The notes below the pieces were generated by a model. The model saw only the letters and a list, made by a program, of their open reading frames with translations, was not told the origin of the DNA and did no database searches. This document shows positions 51,881 to 64,000 of a stretch of DNA of 64,000 nucleotides, piece by piece. The stretch is from assembly GCF_006345805.1 (NCBI RefSeq), contig NC_043006.1:21576001-21640000 (forward strand), written 5' to 3'. A program made the translations under genes and the position numbers. The stretch is from Octopus sinensis (Eukaryota). Each line of letters starts with the position of its first letter. The first letter of the stretch is position 1.

Positions 51881-52250
51881 TGGAGGCGCAATGGCCCAGT
51901 GGTTAGGGCAGCGGACTCCCAGTCGTAGGATCGCGGTTTCGATTCCCAGACCGGGCATTGTGAGTGTTTATTGGGCGAAAACACATAAAGCTTCACAAGG
52001 CCCCTGCAGGGGAGGGTGAACCCTGCTGTACTCTTTCACCACAACTTTCTCTCACTCTTTGTTTCTGTTGTACCTATATTTCAAAGGGCCAGCCTTGTCA
52101 CACTCTGTGTCACGCTGAATCTCCTCGAGAACTACGTTAAGGGTACACGTGTCTGTGGAGTGCTCAGCCACTTGCACGTTAATTCCACGAGCAAGCTGTT
52201 CCGTTGATCGTATCAGCTGGGACCCTCATCGTCGTAACCGACGGAGTGCC
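51881..52250 (+). mobile_element. SINE-B
   Basis: Full-length copy; TSD-like tatactgtg. Confidence 0.9.
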
Positions 52251-52587
52251 CCTATATACTGTGAAAATCTGTCCCCCCACTACTGGACGAGATTGACAAG
52301 AGTCCTTTCTGCAATATGGACACATATGTATCTGACTTTAACATGATGCATCAGGCATTATCAGCGTAACTCACAGAGTAACTAGTATGGCCTTTGAATT
52401 ACGGCTATAGCCCATCCCATAGGTTTCCGTCTATTCACTTTCATTCGCAAGGCAAGGGTCTATACAAAATAGAATGTCACTTGCACAAGATGACATGCTG
52501 TGGGTTCGAAATCAATACAGCATACTAGCAAACTGAACTTGTTATCCATTAGGCCATTACAATGTCTATTATTGGTAGGTAGGTAGG

Positions 52588-52667
<80 letters not shown>

Positions 52668-52673
52668 GAGATA

Positions 52674-52704
<31 letters not shown>

Positions 52705-52725
52705 GGATTGATTGATTGATTGATT

Positions 52726-52828
<103 letters not shown>

Positions 52829-53384
52829 GTTTCTTTATTAGCCACACAGGGCTGCACACAGACGGGACAAATTACAAGGTACAGCTTTTCTTTTGGGGGA
52901 TAAAAAAGGGGTTAGGTTTTCGATCAAAAGGGATCGTAAAAGGGAAAGAGGAAAGCAAAAAAAAAAGAAGAAAACGAAATGAAAAAAGGGGAAAAAAGAA
53001 AAGGAAAAAAAGAATAAATCGATCAATAGCGATCGTGTATCACAGAAATGTCATGATATAAAGTGTAAAGGGGAAGACAGGTGAGGTTTATCCGTGGAAA
53101 GAAAAGCCTACGGAAAAGACCACGTGCGCGTGGCTTGACACTATGGCGGTGACGTCGTCCGCGTATGCAGACACGCTCGTCCCGCATCCCAGTTCTCGTG
53201 GGATGCCCCTCAGAGTCGCCATCTTCCGTAGTAGTGGCTCGAGAGTCAATACGTATAGAAGCGATGAGACGGGGCATCCCTGACGGACTGAACGTGCGAT
53301 GTCGAAAGGTCTTGATAGATGTCCATGTACGCGAATTATCGAACGTTTACTTCTGTACAAAGCAGCTATCCATCGGCGGAAGAC
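52829..53384 (-). mobile_element. Tx1-type LINE copy 3: RT core fused directly to 3'UTR (internal deletion), in (GATA)n
   Basis: SVRQGCPVSSLLYVLTLEPLL and SAYADDVTAIVS motifs joined to the 3'UTR at the shared 4-mer cacg (53121-53124). Confidence 0.9.
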
Positions 53385-53460
<76 letters not shown>

Positions 53461-53469
53461 CATAGATAT

Positions 53470-54394
53470 GTTTCTTTATTAGCCACACAGGGCTGCACAC
53501 AGATAGAACAAATTACAAGGTAGAGCTTTTCTTTTGAAGGTTTAAAAAAAAAAAAAATTATAAAATAAAAAATAAAATAAAATAAAAAAGGGGGGGATCG
53601 ATCAAAAGGGATCGTAAAAGGAGAGAAAGAGGACAAAAAAAGGGGGGTTAAAAAAAGGGGGAGAGGAAAAAAAATTGATCAATAGGGATCGTTATCACAG
53701 AAATGTCAATATGAAGTGTAAAGGGGAGGACAGGTGAGGTTTACCCGTGGAAAGAAAAGCCTACGGAAAAGACCACGGTAACCTCGGTCAATGAAGTCAC
53801 GTTATATTTCTTTTTTTTTTGCAAATAAGCAACTCTCTGTATTAATTTTTACGGTTCATAGAATCATAGTCAAGGTGGCTTCGTCATTCATACGTGCCAT
53901 CCTTGCTACATTCACCCATCTTTTTTAAAACATTCACTAGACAAAACTTGCCTCTCTACTCTCACTTTTTTCTTCAAGTGATACTTGAAGAAGTTGATGA
54001 GAGATTGACCAGAGAGGAAAGTGTTGTCTCTAATCCTTTCAGACGCGTCCACCAGATACATTCTTTCGCCATAGCCACAAGTATGATAAAAATAGCTCTT
54101 CCTTCCCGTTTGAAGGAAGGAGGCGTGACGATATTGACGATAGACTCGGCTGATAAACCGACACGTCCCACACGTGACAGCAGTCGTTCGACATAGCCCA
54201 CAGGTGGAAATTGCTGGACACTGCACGATTGCGTGCAGAGCGGTTTCGTCGCTCTGCCCGCATCTCGGGCAGGTCGGCCCCGTGTTTCTCGAGCCATGCC
54301 TATAGAGCTTATCCCGAACGGGTAGCGCTTCTCGGTAGCACCGCCAGGCCAGGGATCTCTGGAAGTTGTCCATAGGTCCCGGGCCGAAAGTCGT
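53470..54394 (-). mobile_element. Tx1-type LINE copy 4 in (GATA)n
   Basis: Same zf-RVT region (TCPRCGQSDETALHAIVQC) and 3'UTR subtype as copy 1. Confidence 0.9.
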
Positions 54395-54408
54395 TTAGAT
54401 AGATAGAG

Positions 54409-54442
<34 letters not shown>

Positions 54443-54745
54443 GTTTCTTTATTGGCCACACAGGGCTGCACACAGATGGGACAAGTTACAAGGTAGAGCT
54501 TTTCTTTTGGGGGATGAAAAAAACAAAAAACAAAAGAAACAAAAAAAGGGGGTGGCGTAGGTTTTCGATCAAGAGGGATCGTAAAAGGGAAGAAAAGAAC
54601 AAAAAAAAAAGAAAAAAGAAAAAAGAAAAAAGAAAAATAAAAAAAAAGAAAAGGAAAAGGAACAAAAGAAAAGAGAAATGAAAAAAGAAGAAAAAAGGGG
54701 AAAAAAAGGGGAAGAGGAAAAAAAACGATCAATAGGGATCGTGTA
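54443..54745 (-). mobile_element. Tx1-type LINE copy 5 (3'UTR only) in (GATA)n
   Basis: 3'UTR subtype as in copies 2 and 3; (GATA)n at 54396-54440 and 54747-54856. Confidence 0.88.
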
Positions 54746-54756
54746 CAGATAGATAA

Positions 54757-54857
<101 letters not shown>

Positions 54858-55210
54858 AATGTATTACGTAAATGTGTTTGCGAGTGTGCATACACACAAA
54901 CCCACACACTTTTTTGTATACGAGTTTGTCCGAGAGTGTGACAGATGTCGATGTTATTGATTATTCAAATATGCGCCTGAGTGTAATATGTGTACCCGGA
55001 GTGGACAAATGCTATGTCTGTGTGCGGCGTGTGTATGTGCGTATGTGTGTGTGTGTGTGTGTGTGGTGTGTGTGTGTGTGTGTGTGTGCGTGCGTATTCT
55101 GCCAGCACACCAGTCTTATTTATTGAAGTATGTCACAAGAGATAATCGCTTTTTCGTTTGAACATAGGACTTAAATGGGTATGCATTTGTGTTCATGTGA
55201 GAGACATAGA

Positions 55211-55241
<31 letters not shown>

Positions 55242-55628
55242 AGAGAGAGAGAGAAGGAAATAGAAAGAGAAAGATATGAAGGGAAGGAGATAGAAGGAAT
55301 GACGAAAATAATTTCCATGTGCCAACGACAGATATTTATGCTTATATTTATGTACTTGGCATCACACGAATGGCAAACATTGCATGGAAGTCAAAGAGGG
55401 CACTGCTATACTGTCATTACATGAATAGAAAATATTGTGAGAAAACGAAAGAGCTCAACGTTAAACGCTCACTGACAACAATAACAATAACTACAATAGC
55501 AATACGCATAAGAACCTCCGTTCATATTTTTCCCCTTAAACGTCGGATCTTGGGCAAATTCCCAATGTGTTCATGTGATGAGAGGAACCTGACAGCGGTA
55601 CTATAGTCTTTTAGACGTTTATCATATA

Positions 55629-55760
55629 CTAGAAGTATCGCCCGGCGTTGCTCGGGTTTGTTTCGACCCTTTAGAATTGGAATTTTTGAAAAGTAAAAAT
55701 TTTGCATTATGTAGCTTGTTATTCTCTTTAATTGAACATTTTTTCTGGTTGAAATACACC
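55629..55760 (-). mobile_element. Helitron 3' end
   Basis: ACTAGAAGTATCGCCCGGCGTTGCTCGGG, as at 51487. Extent uncertain. Confidence 0.7.
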
Positions 55761-56383
55761 AAATTTTATTGCATAATGAGCTCCCAAATTGTCTTCGCGT
55801 CCCGACTGCATTCTGCAAACGAGTCAGCTGTGACATGCAGTGTTTAGCAGAGTGTGTTCAAAGTGTTGTTACCTTCAGCCTGAAATAAGAAAAGTTGGCA
55901 GATCGGCGTATTAAATGTATTGTAACGATAAGCTAAAATTACAATAATCTACAACATTTACAATTGCCTTTTTTTTAAATCAGTCGCAAAACTTCTAGAA
56001 AGCACTTCGTGTGTATGAGTTTTATTTGTTCGCCGGCTCGCTGAGATATAGCACCTGGAGGATGACTGAAGGACATAGACAGGTGAGACAACTCTCCCCC
56101 AATTCCATTCAGGTGTGATAAATACAGATATTTCACCATTTTTGTGTCTTATCAAAATTACGTACCTGAATCGAACAGAGGAGGAATCGAATGACTATAT
56201 ATAAACAGCGTAAAAAAAAACTATTTGCTGGTATGCCACGGCGATGCAAGCGTAAAATTCAATTCAATAACGAATTGAAAGCAGTGCTAATGTTGTAAAC
56301 ATTATCGTGTATGTGTGGTCGTCATTATTATTATCATCATCATCATCATTATTATTATTATAATTATTATTATTATTATTATT

Positions 56384-56937
56384 GAGTGAGAGAGCAGTTC
56401 ATGCCATCAAAGTGACACTGGGGTAAAATATACGAAGCCCAATATACCCATCATGACTACCCGTCTGATAAAGGTACACCAGGCACATGCATCACAACCA
56501 TATGTGCGCGACATGGTGATCTCATATCAAGATAAACAGCACATGACCTTGCAGGTGGGGCCCAGTTAGAATTTTCTTCAGGTTGAGTAGCCCATCCCGC
56601 TCAAACGGTCCCTGAATAAGGGTTGTTTAAGGATGTTGAAAGAACCACCCATGTTTCCAGAGGTGAACTATTCAAACCCCAAAGAATCCCTCTCAACACA
56701 TGGCTATGATGCTCCCCCACTACTTCTGCTCGTGATCAGAGATGCACATATCGTCAGCCACTAAGGGACATGCTCAACTGGTTAAGGTCAAACAACTGAC
56801 AAGCAAATCTGTGGTATTGAGCAGAATATTTGCTGTAGCCCATCTTTTATACCAAGACAAAACAATGTACATGATAACACTTCCAATCAGTTAAGATCAG
56901 AAGCCATGAGAGCCACTGCCTGGTACTGCATCAGGGC
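56384..56937 (-). mobile_element. Non-coding element D, copy 2 (554 bp), inside (ATT)n
   Basis: (ATT)n on both sides; two differences from copy 1 seen by eye over about 490 shared bp. Confidence 0.88.
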
Positions 56938-56956
56938 ATTATTATTATTATTATTA

Positions 56957-57166
56957 AGGTGGTGAGCTGGCAGAATCGTTAGCACGCCGAGCAAAATGCT
57001 TAGCGGTATTTCGCCCGTTGCTACGTTCTGAGTTCAAATTCCTCCGAGGTTGACTTTGCCTTTCATCCTTTCGGGGTCGATAAATTAAGTACCAGTTGAG
57101 TACTGGGGCCAATGTGATCGACTATCCCCCACACAAAGTCCAGGCTGTGTGCCTATAGTACAAAAG

Positions 57167-57167
<1 letters not shown>
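56957..57167 (+). mobile_element. SINE-A head/core with (ATT)n-ending tail
   Basis: Core as in young A; tail gtgcctatagtacaaaag followed by (att)n. Confidence 0.85.
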
Positions 57168-57241
<74 letters not shown>

Positions 57242-58384
57242 GAGCTAGCAGGAACGTTAGCAAGCCGGGCGAAATTCTTAGCGATATTTGTTTGTTGGCT
57301 TTTTTCCACCTTGTGTAGCTCATCGTCCATACATAGATATACCAATTGCGAAGAACGCAATTATTGCATTCAGTGACTGACATTGGGATTTATTAACTGT
57401 CATTACGGATGCCTCTTGAACTGGAAGCTGTAAGTGCGTGATTACGAAGAGTAAAATAGTGTCAGGGGGTCTCAGTTTAATTCTTGGCGCAATGGCATGT
57501 TTTCTATAATGTTCACTTTCTGTACCAATCTCGCCTTTCATTTTGCATCCATTTAAATGGTTTATTCGGGTTCTTGATCCGCTATATAACCCATTAGGTT
57601 TATTTAGTTTTCGCAAAATCACATCCTTTTTCCCACATCAAATTACGTTTTGGTGTAATTCACCAAAATTACATCAATTTGTGGACCTTATTTAATAACT
57701 GTGCAGATCATTTACATCATGATAGGAATCGCTGCGTTTGTAAGAAACTGTTTCCTCATCAAATACGTTAATAATTTCCTGTTTATCAAATCAATAACAG
57801 GACCGTGTTCTGGTGGGGTTTTTTTTCTTTTCTTTTTATACAGCTGAAGTCCTTTAACGAAGCAATACGGAATAACAGCATAACTATCAATATGGCCATC
57901 TGGGCGGTCACTTTGCATTTGCAAAGCTGTTATAAAATTCTGCTCTTAGTCCCTGCTAATTCTTTTCAATATCGAATCCTCCTTCGATATTGTAATTACT
58001 GTTGACGATGTATTCATATGATAACCTTCTTCCCAGCCAAGCCATTTCAAATTTATTGATTCAATGTACCATCAAGCATGAATAATAGTCTATCTGCATA
58101 ATAATTTTTGATATTATTCACATCTATGTACATAATGCTCCAACTTTTTCCATCTTGCAAACAACAAAAAGACAAACCAAACAACCGATAGTATATAAAC
58201 TTGATTTTGCTTAGTAATTCATTGCAAATGTGAATCATGTTTACATTAAATAATAAGGAAACTATGTCCATTAGCCTCTCATACGCTATTCGTAGACAGG
58301 TGCTCATTCTGAAAAAAATAGGAATATCGTAATATCCCACAGGGCACTAACCAACGATCAAACTGACATATTGGTTCCAGATTT

Positions 58385-58590
58385 TAGCATAAGGTTAGCA
58401 ACTTCGAGGGAGAGGGAAAGTATATTACATTGACTTCAATATTCAACTGGAACCTATTTAATTATTTGATCAACCCTCGAAAAGATGAAAGATGAAACTC
58501 GGCGGAATTTGAACTCAAAACGAAAAGACAGATGAAATGCTGCAAAGCATTTTGACCAGTGTGCTAACGAGTCTGCCAGCTCGCCGCCTT
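58385..58590 (-). mobile_element. SINE-A, old
   Basis: cggcggaatttgaactca...gccagctcgccgcc. Confidence 0.75.
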
Positions 58591-59099
58591 CGATCAGTCT
58601 GAAATATTACGTGTCTCAGTTTCTATACGAGACACGTGGTATGCGAATGTTTAAATGTTCAGTGCTCAAACAACAAACTCTATAGAAGTTTGGAGAAGGG
58701 GGTATGTTCATTCAAATGTGACACAATGTATACTTGATGCTATTTGTATGTCAGTAAAATAGAAGTTGATTTTATAAAAATACTCTTTTTGATCAGAGAG
58801 ATGCAATAAGTCCAGTCAACAAATGATAATATGCATCACACTGAGTTTTCCATGTGTACACATCATCTCTGTCTGAACACGAAATTTCGATCATTCCTTA
58901 CTTGAGGTGGAACCAAATGTTTTAAAGGTGTAACTACGAATGTTTTGAAGAAATGCAGAAAGAATCGATGTAGTAAACGAAATAAGTAAATTATTCTACT
59001 TCTATGACTACCATTGCCATCAGCATCACCCCCTACACAAACACACACACACACAGACATACGAAAATGCCTTTGTATTTGCATTATTTCATCTTCGAG

Positions 59100-59492
59100 A
59101 AAGTTGCTAAGCTGACAGAATGGTAGGCATGCCGGGCGAAATGCTAAACAAGATTTCATCTGCCGCTACGTTCTGAGTTCAAATTCCGCTCAGGTCGACT
59201 TTGCCTTTAACCCTTTAGCATTTAAACTGGCCATATCCGGCCAAAAGTATTCTGGCCAGATCTGGTCTCTCACACCAGCCCTAAATTAACAGCTACCTTA
59301 TCAAAATCTCATAGCTACAAGATGATGCATGATTAGTTCAAAACAATGTGGATAAAAAAGCATTAATTTTGACAGAATAATGTGAACACTAAAGGGTTAA
59401 TCCTTTCGGAGCCGATAAATTAAGTACCAGTCAAGTACTGGGGTCGATGTCATCGACTATCCTACTCCCCACAAATTCCTGGCCTTGTGTCT
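59100..59492 (+). mobile_element. SINE-A, old, interrupted by a TTAA MITE
   Basis: The SINE core resumes exactly after the insertion. Confidence 0.8.
59211..59396. mobile_element. piggyBac-type MITE (186 bp)
   Basis: TTAA|CCCTTTAG ... CTAAAGGG|TTAA. Confidence 0.85.
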
Positions 59493-60532
59493 GAGTAATT
59501 TATGCAGTAGTGTCATTGACGATCAATAATTGCTGTCACCAAGTTATTGTCTTCTCTTAGAGCATTCCACATGAAAATGTTTTCATTAACACCTATCAGT
59601 GTCTTTCATTCACACTGAATCTCAAACTACCACGCTTGGGACACTTTCATTCTTAATTCCTTCCCTTCTATTTTTGATTGCCTTCTACTTTTCTGGTGTG
59701 CGTATTTCACTCCCAATGGTTCTTTCTCATCTATTATGTAAATGCATAGAAAATCAGATGTTGCCTGGATAGTCATACGGATATAGATACAAATACTGAT
59801 TCAGCAGTTTCCTTAAAGAAGATAAATATAGCTCTCATTGTAAATAATTATCTTCAGTAGTAAGCGATGTCAAGAAAGGGTAAATCAAATTCAATACTGA
59901 CAGAATATTTTATATGAGATATATTAATTTAAGATAAGTAAATAAAATGAAAGTATACGTCATAATTTCTGTAAAAGTAATAAAGAAATTAATATGAAAT
60001 TAATCTTAACATTTCTACGAAAGAATTCATCTCTCTCTCTCTCTCTCAATCTCTCTTCTCTCTCTCTCTCCCCCCCCCACACACACACATACACACACAC
60101 AGAGTATATGAAAAGTGTAAATAAAATAAAATATGTCAGCTATTGAAGAAAGTATCGGAGTAATTAATTTGATTTCCATACCGCTGCATTCACACCATCC
60201 CCACACGTACACACACATTAAAGAAAAAGATTCACAATTTTATTTTCGTAATTCAGAAATATATTTCTTTTTACTCTTTTATTGAAAGCATTGAAAACTT
60301 TGAAAATAAAACTTTGATCCTTATAAGCTCAAATACTAATGAAGCTATAAATAGATAATAACTCATTAATATATCAAGTAAATATATCTCTATGATGGAA
60401 AAAATTGGACAGAATAACCGACGGGAATTGAACCATGCATGCGTCGCAGAGCGAACGATCGTTTACCTGACGAATGAAAAATATATATATAAAACAAAAT
60501 ACATACTTTATAAGATTTGACTATTCTGTTAC

Positions 60533-60746
60533 TTTCTCTTTTACTCGTTTCAGTCATTTGACTGGGGCCATGCTGGAGCACCGCCTTTAATCGAGCAACT
60601 CGAACCCGGGACTTATTCTTTTGTAAGCCCAGTACTTATTCTATCGGTCCCTCTTGCCGAACAGCTAAGTAACGGGGACACAAACACACCAGCATCGGTT
60701 GTCAAGCAATGCTAGGGGGACAAACACAGATACACAAACACACACA

Positions 60747-60784
<38 letters not shown>

Positions 60785-60945
60785 TACGACGAGCTTCTTT
60801 CAGTTTCCATCTACCAAATCCACTCACAAGGCTTTGGTCGGCTCGAGTAAGAAGTAGAAGACACTTGCCCAAGGTTCCACGCAGTGGGACTGAACCCGGA
60901 ACCATGTGGTTGGTAAGCCAACTACTTACCACACAGCCCCTCCTA
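60533..60945 (-). mobile_element. SINE-C
   Basis: Near-identical to 6339-6748. Confidence 0.88.
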
Positions 60946-61034
60946 CGCCTTTCATATCCAACAGTAATCAATGATTGTATATAAGCTTAATGAGAATTGG
61001 CTAATAATAGTGATATACTAAACTGAATCATCAT

Positions 61035-61054
61035 GAGCTTACAGTTGGAATTAC

Positions 61055-61107
<53 letters not shown>

Positions 61108-61293
61108 CGGTGGTGGTGATGGTGGTTAGGTTTTGGTAGAGGTAGTGGTGGTGGTAGTAGTAGTAGTAGTATTAATAGTAGTAGTATTAATAGTAGTAGT
61201 AGTGGCGGTGGTGGTGGTGGTGGTTAGGTTTTGGTAGAGATAGTGGTGGTAGTAGTAGTAGTGGCAGTGGTGGTGGAGAGGTTTTGGTAGAGA

Positions 61294-61324
<31 letters not shown>

Positions 61325-61585
61325 GGTTGTGGTGGTGGTTAGGTTTTGGTAGAGGTAGTGGTGGTGATGGTAGTTGTAGTAGTAGTAGTAGCAATAGTGG
61401 TGGTGGTGGTGGTAGTTGTAGTAGAGGTGGCGACAGTGATGGTGGTTGGTAGTAGTATTACTTGTGGGGATGATGATGGTTGGGGTGATGGTGGTGCTTG
61501 CGCCGGTGCTTGTGGAGGTGGTACTTGTAGGAGAAGAACTTGAAATGTGCTGCGGTTACTGCAGAATAGCTGCAGCAGGAAGTGT

Positions 61586-61638
<53 letters not shown>

Positions 61639-61640
61639 AG
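61035..61640. repeat. Compound (GTA)n/(GTG)n tract with recurring GGTTTTGGTAGAG higher-order unit
   Basis: Motif at about 61129, 61227, 61279 and 61343. Confidence 0.9.
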
Positions 61641-62269
61641 ACCTTTTGTCAACGGTCTGAAAATTTCCAATTTATTACAAGTTTTTATCTATTTTTCACA
61701 GAAGAATTCCTCTGAATATACGCGATATAAATGTTAAGATATTCTCCGAAGATTACATCTTACTATGTTAGATTTAAATAACTGAGCCGAAGCTTTTGAT
61801 TCTACAAAGCAAAAAAAAAAAAAAAGAAAGAAAGAAAGAAAGCAAAGTCTTTCAAGCCAGTGAAATTAGTGACACCAAAAGATTTTATAGACAGGAATTT
61901 TCTTCAAGACAATTTATTTACGCATGGATGAATGACATGGTGTATTAAAGAGATAATGACAAAGCGATATTTTCCAGTTAATATTTCAGTTAATTTACTG
62001 TGGTGTAATCTGTTTTCAGCGTAATATCATTGCTATTAATATATTTTATTAATGACTTTCATGTAAATTTACAACAGTAGATATATTCCAATAAACTTTC
62101 GTCCATTTTAAAATAAGAATCAATGACGTCCAATGTGTAGAATTTGCTATAGAGGCCCCACAATAACCTGCGTGGACACGCTTCTCTGAATCATTCAAGT
62201 AAATTGAACCATAAAATTATTGTGAAAATTTGGAAAATATTTCGTGTAAACAGTTCAATCAGCAAAATA

Positions 62270-62630
62270 TTGGCTTGTCAGAAAAGTTCATGCCGATTTT
62301 TAAAGGATAGAAAACGGTCAATAAATACATGCCATTAAATTTTTAATCAACCAAATATGAACCATTTTGTTGCACAATGCGTCTCCATCTTTCCTTTACC
62401 TTGAAAATACCCTCTTCCCAGAATTGAGTTGGTTTCATGGCAAAGAATTCATCAAGGTATCTTTTTACGACATCTAAGGAATTTTAATTTTTACCATTAA
62501 GACTATTCTGCAGAGACCTGAATAAGTGGACATCCGAAGGAGCAATATCTGGTGAATATGGAGGGTGGGGTAACACATCCCAGCCGAGCTGCAGCAATTT
62601 TTGTTTGGTTCCCAAAGCATCAAGTGCCGA
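62270..62630 (-). mobile_element. mariner 3' fragment
   Basis: LGWDVLPHPPYSPDIAPSDVHLFRSLQN...WRRIVQQNGSY*; TIR ttggcttgtcagaaaagttc after TA. Confidence 0.85.
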
Positions 62631-63039
62631 AAATGAACTTTCTTATCTTCCTTTTTAAAGGGTTATAAAATTAACACAGGTTATAGGAACATAAAGCTTC
62701 TTCCACGAAATGATAGCTTAAACTTTGCTCTAAATGGAGGTGTAGTCAAATCCTATTTTATGGACTCAACCATGTTCTAAAATAATTCTAAAGGTAAGCT
62801 ACTATAAATCGGCACGAACTTTCCGGACAACCCTATAGCACAATTATCTGATTCACTTGTACGTATAGCGTCATTGGTAACAACGGTGATATTGAGATTA
62901 ACCGCGGCTGTGTTCCGGAGATGGTACACTATCCGGTCTTCTAATGCCATCAGCTTACACATAAAGATCCGGTTCTATATAATAGCATAGTTCTATCATC
63001 AGTTTTCTATATTAGTGAGACACAAAAAAGCACCGTGAA

Positions 63040-63325
63040 ATAGGTAGAAAGCTAGATATTTTCCATCAAAGATGCTTGAGAAGTATTCTGAAAATGTACG
63101 GACGAGAACACGTAACCAACGAAGAAGTTCTAAAGAGAGCCAACATAAGACCGCATTGCGAACTCATCAGAGAACGAATATTGAAACCAGTGGGTCATAT
63201 ACTTCGGTTACCAGAGCAACGTCATTCTAAAACTGCTTTCCAAAGAACACCACCAGAGGAAAAAGAAAGAGAAACAGAACACTATTTGGTGCAGAACCGA
63301 TATGACAAATAGAGAATGCCAAATG
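63040..63325 (+). pseudogene. RTE LINE C-terminal relic
   Basis: DIFHQRCLRSIL...HVTNEEVLKRANIRP...GHILRLPEQRH. Confidence 0.8.
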
Positions 63326-63327
63326 AG

Positions 63328-63727
63328 TTCCCTATGGATACCGTATTTATTACAACGAGTGGCTTGTAAACGTATCTAACGAGCGAAAGCGAGTCAGATA
63401 CGTTTACAAACCACGAATTGTAATAAATACGGTATCCATAGGGAATGAGTTTGGTATTTTATTTATTACACACGAATAAACGACCATATTTTATTCACCC
63501 AATAACTAAATTCTTCACGTTTAGTTGTAACTTATGAATGACAAAAGTAGTGCCGTCACCGTGACCTCGGGTCATCACCATGTATTGACCAATCAGAAGC
63601 AGCACTGTCACCGTGACCTCGGGTCATCACCATGGATTGACCAATCAGAAGCAGCGCTCGCAGTATCTGACATATGTTAGATACCAAAAATATCTCAAAG
63701 TGTTCTCACTCACATGTGTGTAATAAA
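63328..63727. mobile_element. Palindromic non-coding element with internal 49-bp duplication
   Basis: Hairpin 63328-63445 around GAGCGAAAGCGAG; 12-bp inverted repeat at 63462 and 63716; direct repeats 63555-63603 and 63607-63655. Confidence 0.6.
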
Positions 63728-64000
63728 GTTCAATATCTCATGGGCCTATGTAGAGACACCACAAACAACAGAAGCCAGTGGCATCGACTAGCCAGCTGCT
63801 GAATGAGCCTGGGAGCACAGTAGGAACTGATACTGAAGCAGTTCAGACAATCTTAACATATAATACGATATTTACACTATGTTCATCAGCATAGCCTTTA
63901 ATTTATGAATACCTAAATGTATTCAACGTAAACCCTCTCACAATAGCTAGTATTAAGAGCTGGTTATTTCAACACAATAACTGATGAGATTCTTTTGTTA

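Noticed and set aside
57700-58340. Coding-looking minus-strand stretch
   Set aside because: No motif recognised; probably a decayed TE, left unassigned.

Overview
AT-rich, repeat-saturated animal genomic DNA, most likely a coleoid cephalopod (Octopus-like SINE families; the taxon is inferred from recall, not from a search). There is one 100-N gap at 12156-12255. No host protein-coding gene could be identified with confidence. There is a CCAAT plus RFX X-box promoter-like site at about 11.2-11.4 kb and a few weak exon candidates. Nearly all listed ORFs are microsatellite or transposon artefacts. The window holds three tRNA-derived SINE families (here A, B, C), Tc1/mariner/maT relics, MITEs, Helitrons, RTE and R4/Dong-like LINE relics, and several Penelope-like (PLE) fragments with minimal hammerhead ribozyme motifs and inverted ends. 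Main result: five copies of an L1/Tx1-type LINE sit in two tandem arrays, every copy bounded on both sides by (GATA)n in the same orientation. The young SINE-A subfamily shares that LINE's terminal 3' sequence (34/42 nt identical), which suggests a microsatellite-targeting Tx1 LINE with a partner SINE. A separate young non-coding 554-bp element occurs only inside (TAA)n tracts.
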